NCBI GenBank assembly: GCA_002345475.1
Contig: DDWC01000034.1
Coordinates: forward strand, 1-35,492
Reading direction: 5' to 3'
Length of the DNA: 35,492 bases
Origin: Firmicutes bacterium UBA2296
Lineage (GTDB): Bacteria > Bacillota > UBA994
Made by a program: the position numbers and the translations under genes. Shown here in pieces: positions 1-8,795 of this stretch (position 1 is the stretch's first letter; each line of letters starts with the position of its first letter). The notes below the pieces were generated by a model. It searched no databases. It was not told the DNA's origin and saw nothing but the letters and a program-made list of their open reading frames with translations.

Positions 1-342
1 TTCTACAGCAGCTGCGAGGTCAACAACGGTATCGCCTATGTCGGCGTCTTGGCCGTAGTAAAGGTGCTTACCCTGCACTCCTCTATGGCTGATGTAGTTT
101 ATTGCTACGCTTCTAGCTGTATAGACAAGGTAGGCAACGGTTTTGTGACAGTCTAGAGCCCGCAAAGTAGAGATATTTTTAATCAACCTAATATAGCTGT
201 CGTTAACAAGATCTTCAATGTTGTTTCTATCCCGCGTTATTCCGTAGATTACTTTGCGAACCAGTGCATAGTGGTTACGATAAAGGACAAGTATCAACTC
301 CCTGTCACTTTCATCTGTAAGTGTAGCGAGTAGCACAAACAA
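1..342 (-). CDS. sigma-70 family RNA polymerase sigma factor, N-terminal part (gene runs off the left edge)
   Basis: My own minus-strand translation; the ORF is absent from the track because it is open at the edge. TTG at 342 (alternative GTG at 336) lies 9 nt after GGAG, with an in-frame TAG upstream at 355-357. It reads MFVLLATLTDESDRELILVLYRNHYALVRKVIYGITRDRNNIEDLVNDSYIRLIKNISTLRALDCHKTVAYLVYTARSVAINYISHRG... This pattern is typical of sigma-70 region 2 in small ECF-like or mobile-element sigma factors. Confidence 0.55.
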   Translation of the reverse strand, partial: MFVLLATLTDESDRELILVLYRNHYALVRKVIYGITRDRNNIEDLVNDSYIRLIKNISTLRALDCHKTVAYLVYTARSVAINYISHRGVQGKHLYYGQDADIGDTVVDLAAAVE

Positions 343-751
343 AGCATCACACTCCTATTCCTAGATGTTGGTTGAAATTTCACCACAGAGCCGGAACAAT
401 CCTTCTTTTTTCCAGAAACCATTGTCTTCTCAGCAGGATTGTGTTTCAAAGCACCTTGCATGTTTTGCTGATTGAGGTAGGCTGTTCCTCTTTACATGCA
501 AATCTGTTGGGACAAGTTACCATGCGCCTACATAGTATGCTGATAATAATCCCGTTGCCTTTCCTTTCCCGCAAAACCCTAATGTACTGTAAGTCCAGGC
601 TTCGATGAGAATCAGGTTAGGGGCGTGCACACTTGCACAGGGGTGTGCATTTTATCATTTCGTAGTAGATTAGCCAAATTGACTACCATCTATTGATGAA
701 AGAGTTTTATCGATAGGTGGCTGTTATTTCTCTCACAGTGATGTAAATAAA

Positions 752-778
752 GCCGCTCCTGCGTCTTTCAGGAGCGGC
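752..778. terminator. orphan GC-rich hairpin (10-bp stem GCCGCTCCTG / CAGGAGCGGC, 7-nt loop)
   Basis: The stem is perfect. The T-rich tail is better on the minus strand (TTTATTT) than on the plus strand (GTTTCG). No annotated gene ends next to it on either strand. Confidence 0.35.
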
Positions 779-868
779 GTTTCGCAATGTGATGTTATAG
801 AGCTGTGTTCTCTTCGTGCTGACCGGGAAAAAAGACATTTCGCAATGTAGCAGTTGAAAAATCGTCTG

Positions 869-912
869 TTAACTTCCACGCTCTTTTAGGATACAATAAG
901 AGCGTGAAAGTT
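869..912 (+). promoter_or_regulatory. candidate abiE promoter overlapped by a 15-bp inverted repeat (possible AbiEi operator)
   Basis: AACTTCCACGCTCTT (871-885) and AAGAGCGTGAAAGTT (898-912) are 14/15 complementary. The 12-nt spacer contains TACAAT (892-897). TTAACT (869-874) lies 17 nt upstream as a weak -35. The element ends 11 nt before the abiEi ATG. Confidence 0.4.
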
Positions 913-923
913 AGGTGATGTAA

Positions 924-1520
924 ATGAGTAAATTCGAAGTGCTGGACTCTCTTCTGCAGACAAACAACGGTTTTTTGAGTTCGTCGGAAGCTGTAGCCGC
1001 CGGAATCTCCAGGCCTTATTTCCGTGAATATGTCCGAGATAGGGGACTAGCACGTGTCGCCCATGGCCTGTATATGTCTCAAGATGCTTGGGAAGATGAC
1101 ATGTACGTCATTCAAGTGCGATACCCTCAGGCTGTGTTTTCCCATGAGACTGCGCTGTACCTCTTAAACCTTGCTGAGCGTGAGCCGCTTCAGTACTCCA
1201 TCACCCTAAAGGCTGGGGCTAACGCAAGTGGGCTCACCAAGCAGGGTATAAAGGTATATAAAATCAAAGAAGGCCTTTTCTGTTTGGGCATTACCGAGGC
1301 GAGGTCTCCCGCAGATCATTCGCTGAGGGTCTATAACCCGGAACGAACAATCTGTGACCTGATCCGCAGTAGAAGGAATATTGAGATTCAGGACATTCAA
1401 AGCGCGTTCCGGGCGTATGTGCGTCGAAGTGACAAGAACATTCCGTTGTTAATGCGTTATGCAAAGGAACTCAAGGTTGAAAGAAGGGTCAGGCAATACC
1501 TGCAGGTGCTACTCCCATGA
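924..1520 (+). CDS. abiEi: type IV toxin-antitoxin system AbiEi family antitoxin / transcriptional regulator
   Basis: A 198-aa ORF with the N-terminal wHTH-like pattern (LSSSEAVAAGISRPYFREYV...ARVAHGLY) and the C-terminal domain typical of AbiEi. It has a 4-nt ATGA overlap with the downstream nucleotidyltransferase gene. Confidence 0.8.
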   Translation: MSKFEVLDSLLQTNNGFLSSSEAVAAGISRPYFREYVRDRGLARVAHGLYMSQDAWEDDMYVIQVRYPQAVFSHETALYLLNLAEREPLQYSITLKAGANASGLTKQGIKVYKIKEGLFCLGITEARSPADHSLRVYNPERTICDLIRSRRNIEIQDIQSAFRAYVRRSDKNIPLLMRYAKELKVERRVRQYLQVLLP

Positions 1521-2374
1521 TCAAGACATCGCAGCAACTCAAAGCATTAGTCCGCAATATGTCGAAGGGGGACAGCACAAGAGCACAAATTATCCTCCGC
1601 AATTATGCTATGGAACGATTTCTTGAGCGTGTCTCTCTGTCCCCGTATCGGGACAATTTGATTCTAAAGGGCGGTACACTGGTGGCCGCTATTGTTGGGC
1701 TTGTCAACCGTTCCACGATGGACCTTGATGCGACTCTAAAAAACACTGCCTTAAGTGTCGAGAATGCGCGCAGGATAATCGACGAGATTACGTCTGTGCA
1801 GATCGAGGACGGGATGAGATTCGAGGTTAAGAGCGTTGCATTCATTATGGATGATGCCGAATATCCAGGCATAAGAGCGACGCTTGACAGTACACTTGAG
1901 ACGATGCACATTCCCTTCAAAATTGACTTCTCCACTGGAGATGTCATCACGCCTCAGGAAATCTCCTATTCGTTTAAGCTGCTGTTTGAGGATCGCTCGT
2001 TCTCGATACTTGCCTATAATCTGGAGACCGTTCTAGCGGAAAAGCTTGAAACGCTCCTTTCGCGGGGATCTGCCAGCACCCGCATGAGAGATTTCTATGA
2101 TATCTACGTACTCGCCTTGACTCAGATGCACAATATCGACTCCGTTGTATTGAGCAACGCCTTTAACAATACGACTAAACGACGTGGTTCCGTGGCAGTG
2201 GTGGAAGAAACAGAGACCATACTAAATGAGATTCAGTCGAGCGCAGAGATGGTATCGCTTTGGGAAAACTACCAGCGCAAGTTCGAATATGCCATCGATG
2301 TCAGCTGGGAAAATGTAATGGCAGCGGTAAGGCAACTGTGCCATGTGATAATGGGGTCAGGCTTAACTTTTTAA
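1517..2374 (+). CDS. abiEii: nucleotidyltransferase AbiEii/AbiGii family toxin (DUF1814)
   Basis: A 285-aa ORF carrying LKGGT, MDLDAT and RMRDFYDIYVL motifs, which are characteristic of AbiEii-type nucleotidyltransferases. It is translationally coupled to abiEi. Confidence 0.85.
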   Translation: MIKTSQQLKALVRNMSKGDSTRAQIILRNYAMERFLERVSLSPYRDNLILKGGTLVAAIVGLVNRSTMDLDATLKNTALSVENARRIIDEITSVQIEDGMRFEVKSVAFIMDDAEYPGIRATLDSTLETMHIPFKIDFSTGDVITPQEISYSFKLLFEDRSFSILAYNLETVLAEKLETLLSRGSASTRMRDFYDIYVLALTQMHNIDSVVLSNAFNNTTKRRGSVAVVEETETILNEIQSSAEMVSLWENYQRKFEYAIDVSWENVMAAVRQLCHVIMGSGLTF

Positions 2375-2403
2375 CTTTTGAGACATCGCCAAGAACCCGC
2401 ACG

Positions 2404-2940
2404 TTATAGTATCATCTCCAGGTGAATGTCCTCAGGCTCCTTCGCGAATAGCACGGGGTCGATGTCGCTGGCTAGAGTACACCCCATGCGTTGGTAGAAA
2501 TGAACCGTATGTTTTGAGGGTGTGGCAGAGACGTACAGCTTTTTTGCACCAAGCTGCCGGGCTCGCTGAATTACCAGTCGCATAAGCGTTTGCCCAACTC
2601 CCAACCCTCGATAGTTCTTGCTGATATGCAGCATAGGCATCTGCAAGGTATCGCTTGACGAACCGATGAACTTGCATTCAACGGAGCTGGCTCCTACCAG
2701 ATTGCCATTAGCGAAAGCGCCGTACACGGTGCCACCGCGCTCGATAAGTTCTCGGGTTTCCTTAACAATTGAATCCAACTCACCCGGAGGAAACCCTGTC
2801 ATATTGTACACTTCCGGTTCCAGGACCAGGCCACCGTTACGAAAGTAGTAAATTGCCTCTATGTACTCACTGCGGTCAATTTCTCGAAACTTCTCAGCTT
2901 CTTTTATGTCGAGGCAACGGTAAGTAATGGGTTCGGTCAT
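2404..2940 (-). CDS. GNAT family N-acetyltransferase
   Basis: A 178-aa ORF with the acetyl-CoA binding motif RGLGVGQTLMRLVIQRARQLGAKKLYV. Confidence 0.8.
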   Translation of the reverse strand: MTEPITYRCLDIKEAEKFREIDRSEYIEAIYYFRNGGLVLEPEVYNMTGFPPGELDSIVKETRELIERGGTVYGAFANGNLVGASSVECKFIGSSSDTLQMPMLHISKNYRGLGVGQTLMRLVIQRARQLGAKKLYVSATPSKHTVHFYQRMGCTLASDIDPVLFAKEPEDIHLEMIL

Positions 2941-3076
2941 GTGTATCAGATCTCTCCCTTCTATTCATGGCTCTTATTGCTTCTCTTCCATTTCCAGTAT
3001 ATGCTGATCTGCACAATAGCAACAGCTTAAGGCAATATACAAGATGCATCAAGCGGAAGGAACGGTAATGCAAAGC

Positions 3077-3113
3077 AACAGAGGTAGGAGGCCACCGGCC
3101 TGCTACCTCTGTT
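3077..3113 (-). terminator. hairpin downstream of the M24 peptidase gene
   Basis: An 11-bp perfect stem, AACAGAGGTAG / CTACCTCTGTT, with a GC-rich loop region. On the minus strand the tail is GCTTTGCATT. It lies 118 nt after the stop codon. Confidence 0.45.
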
Positions 3114-3230
3114 GTACATATCGTATGCATATAACTGCTCCATCTGACTAGACACTGACACTCTGTCAAGGAGAACAAGCCGATCCCCTCGCCGCCTAAC
3201 CTCCTGAATACTAAGCCTGTGTGGAAGCTT

Positions 3231-4499
3231 CTAAATAAGATAAAGTTCGGTCTGACGTCCCCCCAGATAAATGACTCGCCCGCCGGTGAAAGCCGCCGTC
3301 TGCTCGATGTACATGGAGATTTCCTGGTTCGCCCATTCAGGGATAGTAGCCTTGACGTTAAGCTCTATGGCATAGCAGGTGTCGTCAAACAGCTCATAGT
3401 CACCCCGACCGGGGATGTTTTCGCCAGGTTTAGTGTACAGGCCGATAATGGGGCCGGCACCGTGTCCGTGAAACCCGATAGGGTGGGTATAGATCTGGGG
3501 TTTCAGCCCTGCGGCTCTGGCGTCGGCCAGGGTTTTTTGCATTATCTCGTTACCCGTACGCCCTGCCACATAGTTGTCGGCCAAAATATCCTGCAGCTGG
3601 TTGCCAAGTTTAAGAGCCTGGGTCAGGCCGACGGGGGCGTCGGTTTCTCCGGGGTGTAGCACATAGGCGTTCTGTTGGGTGTCGGTGGCTAGACGTAAAT
3701 ATCTTAACCCCACGTCGCAGTGCAACAGGTCGCCAGGGAGTATGGGGGCATCACCTGCAGTGCGTCCGGGTAGACCCTGGCGCTGGGCATCCACGGTGGG
3801 CTGAAACCAGCATTCAAGCCCCAGGGATTCGATGCGTTCCCTTATCCACCAGGCTACTTGCTCTGGCGTGGTAACTCCGGGATGCACCACTTTGCTGGAG
3901 AATGCTTCGCGGATAATACCATGGGCAATGTCGTTAAGCCCGGTGTAGGCGGCCAGTTCCGTCTTGCTGCGGCGTTCCAGCCATCCCAGAACCAGTCTTT
4001 CGGCGCTCTTCACCCGGGGGGAAAACTCGGGGCCCAGGGCTTCCATAAGCTGCCCGTGTTCGGTCATGGTCAGGCCGTCGGCAAAGGCGAAGTCCTTCGA
4101 GAAGTTGACACCAATGGTGCGAGGATTGCGTTCCCGCACCAGGCGGGCTATGCACGCCCACTCGTCGACCTCACCTTGATCCCATGCCCGGCTATAGATT
4201 GCGTCCAGGCCCCGCCCGGGACTCATTCCCTGAATGGGTTTGGCAATGTTCAGGCGGTCTACGCCACCGTCTTCCCGCAGGCAAAATAACAGCTTGCGGG
4301 CCAGGAGCATGGGCTCTGGAACCAGGCTTTTGTGCACGGGGTCTTCGTGGTACTCGCCCCTCGACAGCACAAGCCACATGTCAATTGATTCGCGCTGCAT
4401 GAGCTCGGGCAGGACTTCCTCCAGCTTCTCCAGCAGCCAGCGGTTAATCAGCTCGGCTTGCTGATTAAGGGGCAGGATTTTTTGCTTCCAGTCAGTCAT
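3231..4499 (-). CDS. M24 family metallopeptidase (Xaa-Pro aminopeptidase / creatinase-like fold)
   Basis: A 422-aa ORF. The C-terminal pita-bread-type motifs are HCDVGLRY, DTQQNAYV, HPIGFHGHGAGP and YAIELNV. Confidence 0.8.
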   Translation of the reverse strand: MTDWKQKILPLNQQAELINRWLLEKLEEVLPELMQRESIDMWLVLSRGEYHEDPVHKSLVPEPMLLARKLLFCLREDGGVDRLNIAKPIQGMSPGRGLDAIYSRAWDQGEVDEWACIARLVRERNPRTIGVNFSKDFAFADGLTMTEHGQLMEALGPEFSPRVKSAERLVLGWLERRSKTELAAYTGLNDIAHGIIREAFSSKVVHPGVTTPEQVAWWIRERIESLGLECWFQPTVDAQRQGLPGRTAGDAPILPGDLLHCDVGLRYLRLATDTQQNAYVLHPGETDAPVGLTQALKLGNQLQDILADNYVAGRTGNEIMQKTLADARAAGLKPQIYTHPIGFHGHGAGPIIGLYTKPGENIPGRGDYELFDDTCYAIELNVKATIPEWANQEISMYIEQTAAFTGGRVIYLGGRQTELYLI

Positions 4500-4666
4500 G
4501 TTCTAACACCTCTTTAGCCTTTTCCCTCTATGGTAGCAGACAAGAGCTTAAAATGCGTGCTTTAGTAGAATAAAGTGCAAAGGATGCACACACCCGGCGC
4601 CGCAGACAAAGGGGACAGGTCCGCTTCTCGGACGGCATTGTCCATTGCTGCAGTGAGCTCTTTTGT

Positions 4667-5101
4667 CTAGTATCTCAACTCCATGACGGTCTCTCCATCC
4701 ACTTGCCGCCCTGTGTGCACAAATCCCAGGCTGGAGTATAGCTTTTCCGCGGGTGTGTTGTCAGGGTGAAAACTGATGAGGACCAGATCACAGTTATGTT
4801 CCTGTTGCATTTTCTGAAGCAAAGCCGTCATCGCCCCGCGGCCAAAGCCCTTACCCTGATGCTCACGGTCAATCATCAGCCGCCATATCCAGTAGTTGCC
4901 GTCATCCGCATCAAGGCAGTACATTACAAAGCCAACCATGGTATTTCCGCTGTAAACGGCCAGCGGCACACATTCGGGATGAAACTTGGCCTGGGCCAGC
5001 GAAAAGGAGTTTGTGGCGACCATATTGTCCTGCTCCTGCTTGACCCTCAGGCCTAAGCAGTCGAGATAGTTATCGCGGGTGATTTCTTTAAGTTCAACCA
5101 A
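4667..5101 (-). CDS. GNAT family N-acetyltransferase (diamine/spermidine acetyltransferase-like)
   Basis: A 144-aa ORF with the motif REHQGKGFGRGAMTALL. It lies 15 nt downstream of the DUF2249 gene, so the two are probably co-transcribed. Confidence 0.75.
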   Translation of the reverse strand: MVELKEITRDNYLDCLGLRVKQEQDNMVATNSFSLAQAKFHPECVPLAVYSGNTMVGFVMYCLDADDGNYWIWRLMIDREHQGKGFGRGAMTALLQKMQQEHNCDLVLISFHPDNTPAEKLYSSLGFVHTGRQVDGETVMELRY

Positions 5102-5116
5102 GTCTGATTGCCCCTT

Positions 5117-5335
5117 TCATAGTCGCGTAATCCTGATGCGGTGCTCTCCTTTGGTGCTCGACAGTGCCTCCCATTGAAAGCCGTTGCCAAGTCTCAGTCT
5201 AAGTGGCTTGGGATCTATGTCGTTAACGAGAATAATCGATTCGCCGGACTCTAGAGCTTCAACAGCCGCGACCACAATGCCAAGCTTTTTCAGCAGGGGG
5301 ATCTCTCTGGCATCAAGCACTTTGGGTTCAGTCAT
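5117..5335 (-). CDS. DUF2249 domain protein
   Basis: A 72-aa ORF. Its size and the pattern LDAREIP...ILVNDIDPKPL match the small DUF2249 family as I remember it. Confidence 0.55.
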   Translation of the reverse strand: MTEPKVLDAREIPLLKKLGIVVAAVEALESGESIILVNDIDPKPLRLRLGNGFQWEALSSTKGEHRIRITRL

Positions 5336-5458
5336 GACCGAGCCTCCTCATCAGATATTTGACATTATCATATCAGCCAGCATGTGCGACGCAAAGGAAT
5401 TAGGCCCGGTGCAGAGAAGATATCATTACGAGATATTTCTAGTCTAGAAAGGAGTTTT

Positions 5459-6904
5459 ATGATGTCGAAACAATTACTGAGCCAGGTAATCGAGGAGAAG
5501 AAGCAGACTTTCACCGAGTTGAGTGATCGCATCTGGGGTTATGCCGAGACAAGGTTTGAGGAGAAACAGAGCGCAGAGGTGCTGTGCCAGGCGCTTGAGG
5601 CTGAAGGGTTCGCGGTAGAACGAGAGTCCGGCGGAGTGCCGTTTGCTTTCGTCGGCACCTTCGGAGACGGCAAGCCGGTTATCGGCTACTTGGGTGAGTA
5701 TGATGCATTGTCCGGACTTAGCCAGAAACCGGGAGTAGCGGTACGCGATCAGCTGGTGGCGGGTGCCAACGGCCATGGCTGTGGACACCATCTGCTGGGC
5801 GTAGGTGCACTTGCGGCGGCCGTAGCCCTCAAACGCTATATGGAAGAGCACAAGCTGCCGGGTACAGTGAAGTATTACGGCTGCCCCGGTGAAGAGGGCG
5901 GCTCTGGCAAGGCATTCATGGCCCGCGAGGGGGTATTCGAAGGCCTGGACGCTGCTATCACCTGGCACTCAGGCAGTGTAACCGCTGTTACCTCGGGGTC
6001 TTCACTGGCCAACATTCAGGTCTATTACAAGTTCAAAGGCAAGGCCTCCCACGCTGCCGCTTCGCCCCACCTGGGTCGCAGCGCACTGGACGCAGTGGAA
6101 CTGATGAACGTGGGTGTCAACTACATGCGCGAGCATATGGTCAGCGAAGCTCGTGTACACTACGCAGTAGTCAATGCCGGCGGCAAGAGCCCTAACGTAG
6201 TACAACCAGAAGCAGAGGTCATTTACCTCATCCGCTCTCCGAAAAACAGCCAGGTCCAGGAGCTTTTTGCCTGGGTAAGCGATATCGCCAAGGGTGCCGC
6301 GCTGATGACCCAGACCGAGCTGACCGTGCAGGTGGACAAAGCCTGTTCCAACCTGATCCCCAACCTGACCATGGAAAAGATCATGCATGAGAACCTGGCG
6401 GCTCTGCCGCCCGTGGTACCTACAGCAGAGGAAGAGGCGTTCGCCGCCGAGATTCGCAAGAGCCTGGGCAAGGCCGAGCTCGAAAAGGAGACCAAAGCTC
6501 TGGTTGAGAATTACGGCGGAGCAGAAGGGCGCAAGATTGCCGCTGAGCTGGAAGGCAAGAGCCTCAGTGGGGCTGTTCTGCCACATAAGAACAGCGAGAA
6601 GTCCATGATGGGGTCTACTGACGTTTCCGATGTGTCCTGGATAGTGCCTACGGTGCAATGCACCGGCAGTTGCTGGGCTCTCGGTACACCGGGTCATTCC
6701 TGGCAGCAGGTGGCGCAGGGCAAGTCTTCCTGGGCCCACAAGGGAATGCTGCAGGCCGCCAAGGCCATGGCCGGCACAGGGCTGGATTTGCTGACTAACC
6801 CGGAGCTGCTGGCGCAGGCCAAGGCCGACCTTAAAGAACAGCTGGCCGGCGAGACATATCAATGCCCCATCCCCGCAGGGGTAAATCCGGCGCCGGTTAA
6901 GTAA
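5459..6904 (+). CDS. M20 family metallo-hydrolase, AbgB-like (aminobenzoyl-glutamate utilisation protein B family)
   Basis: The track ORF begins at 5384, but the ATG at 5459 follows GAAAGGAG by 5 nt and gives a 481-aa product. It carries the GHGCGHHLLG motif, and the overall length is typical of AbgB-type M20 enzymes. Confidence 0.8.
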   Translation: MMSKQLLSQVIEEKKQTFTELSDRIWGYAETRFEEKQSAEVLCQALEAEGFAVERESGGVPFAFVGTFGDGKPVIGYLGEYDALSGLSQKPGVAVRDQLVAGANGHGCGHHLLGVGALAAAVALKRYMEEHKLPGTVKYYGCPGEEGGSGKAFMAREGVFEGLDAAITWHSGSVTAVTSGSSLANIQVYYKFKGKASHAAASPHLGRSALDAVELMNVGVNYMREHMVSEARVHYAVVNAGGKSPNVVQPEAEVIYLIRSPKNSQVQELFAWVSDIAKGAALMTQTELTVQVDKACSNLIPNLTMEKIMHENLAALPPVVPTAEEEAFAAEIRKSLGKAELEKETKALVENYGGAEGRKIAAELEGKSLSGAVLPHKNSEKSMMGSTDVSDVSWIVPTVQCTGSCWALGTPGHSWQQVAQGKSSWAHKGMLQAAKAMAGTGLDLLTNPELLAQAKADLKEQLAGETYQCPIPAGVNPAPVK

Positions 6905-6915
6905 CAGCTAACAAC

Positions 6916-6943
6916 AAGGAGCGAGCCCGCGGGCTCGCTCCTT
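6916..6943. terminator. bidirectional hairpin between the convergent M20 and M14 genes
   Basis: AAGGAGCGAGCCCGCGGGCTCGCTCCTT is a perfect 28-nt palindrome lying between the stop codons at 6904 and 6960. Confidence 0.65.
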
Positions 6944-6959
6944 ATGTATTCTGCCGATC

Positions 6960-8591
6960 TCAAAGCTCCAGGCTTGTCTTCACAACGCCGCCCTTGTCGC
7001 TTAGCACAGTGATATCGAGCCGGCCCTTGCCCGACACGACCCACTCGGCCTGCCGCTTGGCAAAGCCGGGTATGTGGCCCAGCTCGGTTCTGGCCTGCCC
7101 CGCGCTCAGACTAAGTCCCTCGCCAAGCTCGAGCTTAACTTCGACGGGTTTGGCAGTTTTGTTACTCAGGGCCATTGCGGTGATGTTGGTGGCCAGGAAA
7201 CCGCTGTTTACTACTATGAGCTGCACCTTGTGCACGTTTTGTGCCAGCTCTACGGTATTCACTTTCTCGATCTCCAGGCGGGGAGATGATGCCGCATGGC
7301 GGATGGTGTAGCGCGCGCTGCCGCGGATTTCGTCCTCGAGCATGTGTGTGGGAGGGTTCTGGTTGACGTACTTGCGGTTCCAGCCGCCTATTTCCACCTC
7401 TCCCAGTTGCGGATGGACAAAGCTGTGCCAGTTGATAAAACCGCTGCCGTCAAGCTCCCGGTCGTTCCACTCCAGCAGTTTAAGCTGGACATCTTCTTCA
7501 TCCCTGGGGGTGCGCTGCTTAATCATTTTAAGGCTCTGGTGCTCGAGACCGGCCTGTTTGGGCAGATCCCACAGTTCTATCTCCAGCGCCACTATGCCCA
7601 GATGCGCATACGCCCAGTCGCGGAAACTGCCTACTGTAGGCTTGCTTTGGTCCCAGGTGAGATCCTGAAAAATGGAGATCAGCGGGAAGTCGGTCTCTGC
7701 CTTACCCATGTAACCGAAAGTCTTGTATAGTTCCAGGTCTGCTTCGGGCATTTTATCGTCGCTGAGGTGTTCAAAAGGACGGAGAAACACGCCCACCGCA
7801 GTGTGGTAGGCCAGGGTTCCGCCGATGTTCTTGTGCTTCAGCATAAAGTCGGCCACGTTCTTTGTTTCCGGCTCGCTAAAGGGGTAGGCGCCGGCGCCGG
7901 GCTGCCTGTGTTCCGGAGCCCAGTTGGCGGCAAAGTTGCGGTTGAAGTCCAGCCCGAACTGCGGCCGGGCGACCTTCACCTGAACACCGTCGTAGTTTTT
8001 GATCATACCTTCCGGGAAGAGTCGGTAATACTCTCCGCCAAAGTCGTCGGGCAAGCGTTTCACCATAATACGAGGGTCGCGCTCTGAAACCTTCCACTCG
8101 CCGTGGGGATCACGCCAGCGCATCTGCAATATGTGTCCGTCGCCGTTGACGTCTTCCGGGTAAAGCCCATCGGCCTGCTCTTCGTCGGGATATGGTCTGG
8201 CGGCGGAACGCACAGAATGGGGCGTGGTCAGGTAGTACTCGGACCCGTCCATGGTGATGCGGGGCATGATGTAAACCGTACGGGTATCCAGCACATGGGT
8301 ACACAGCGGGTCAGACCCATAGCCCAGAAGCAGCTCCTGTATGGTGTAAAGACAGGCTGCACAGCCTGATACTTCTCCGGCGTGGGTATTGCCGTTGATG
8401 AAATAGGCAGGCTTCTCTGCTGCTTCGCCGCTGGCGTAGTTGGTGAGCTCCAGCACCCACTGTTCTCGGCCCTGCGGGCTCAGGCCGGCGGAAGACAGCC
8501 TGCACAGGTGAGGGAAATCCTTTGTCCATTGTTCGAGCATGGTCGTAATTTGGTCGTAGGTGTGAAACTGGTCGAACACGATTCTTGCCAC
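6960..8591 (-). CDS. M14 family zinc carboxypeptidase
   Basis: A 543-aa ORF with a GTG start. The HxxE zinc motif occurs in NGNTHAGEVSG, followed by the later FNRNF and AYHT motifs typical of M14. Confidence 0.8.
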   Translation of the reverse strand: MARIVFDQFHTYDQITTMLEQWTKDFPHLCRLSSAGLSPQGREQWVLELTNYASGEAAEKPAYFINGNTHAGEVSGCAACLYTIQELLLGYGSDPLCTHVLDTRTVYIMPRITMDGSEYYLTTPHSVRSAARPYPDEEQADGLYPEDVNGDGHILQMRWRDPHGEWKVSERDPRIMVKRLPDDFGGEYYRLFPEGMIKNYDGVQVKVARPQFGLDFNRNFAANWAPEHRQPGAGAYPFSEPETKNVADFMLKHKNIGGTLAYHTAVGVFLRPFEHLSDDKMPEADLELYKTFGYMGKAETDFPLISIFQDLTWDQSKPTVGSFRDWAYAHLGIVALEIELWDLPKQAGLEHQSLKMIKQRTPRDEEDVQLKLLEWNDRELDGSGFINWHSFVHPQLGEVEIGGWNRKYVNQNPPTHMLEDEIRGSARYTIRHAASSPRLEIEKVNTVELAQNVHKVQLIVVNSGFLATNITAMALSNKTAKPVEVKLELGEGLSLSAGQARTELGHIPGFAKRQAEWVVSGKGRLDITVLSDKGGVVKTSLEL

Positions 8592-8761
8592 AAGATATCA
8601 GCTCCTTTGTTTTCATGCGCTGTGTGAGATTTTCCCCTTGGGGTCCGCCAAATCCTTCCGCCGCAACAGTGTTCCTATTTTAACACTGCTTATACAACAA
8701 TCGGCCGTCATCCGGTGGGACGTAGAGCGTCTAGTTTTGTCCGATCAACTTGAGAGAACGT

Positions 8762-8779
8762 GGCACAGCATACTGTGCC
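8762..8779. repeat. 18-nt palindrome GGCACAGCATACTGTGCC, a solo copy of the motif found at both ends of the IS
   Basis: It differs at one central base from GGCACAGCATGCTGTGCC at 17516-17533. The 3' flank CCGACAAAAG matches CCTACAAAAC at 17534-17543. Confidence 0.8.
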
Positions 8780-8795
8780 CCGACAAAAGATGATT

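Noticed and set aside
372-608. 78-aa ORF in the sigma-abiE spacer
   Set aside because: It has a TTG start without an SD and a hydrophobic, low-complexity sequence with no recognisable motif. It lies in the promoter region of the divergent sigma factor gene.
2894-3178. 94-aa ORF upstream of the GNAT as a possible antitoxin partner (GNAT toxin/RHH-type TA)
   Set aside because: It overlaps the GNAT start and the 3077-3113 hairpin, has no SD, and has Cys/His/Arg-rich odd composition. It bears no resemblance to RHH/DUF1778 antitoxins.
4602-4651. Nested three-tier hairpin (GCAG/CTGC, GGACA/TGTCC, GTCCG/CGGAC) after the GNAT gene as a terminator
   Set aside because: No U-tract follows on the transcribed (minus) strand. 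It may still be a stabilising structure, but it is not supportable as a terminator.
6002-6862. Long antisense ORFs inside confident genes (for example 6002..6862, 11150..11824, 14822..15358, 19667..20143, 21263..22006, 22093..23181, 23868..24821, 3219..3659)
   Set aside because: These are typical stop-codon-poor shadow frames of GC-rich genes. Their composition is Arg/Gly/Ala/Pro-rich and low in complexity. They have no SD and each lies fully inside a well-supported gene on the other strand.
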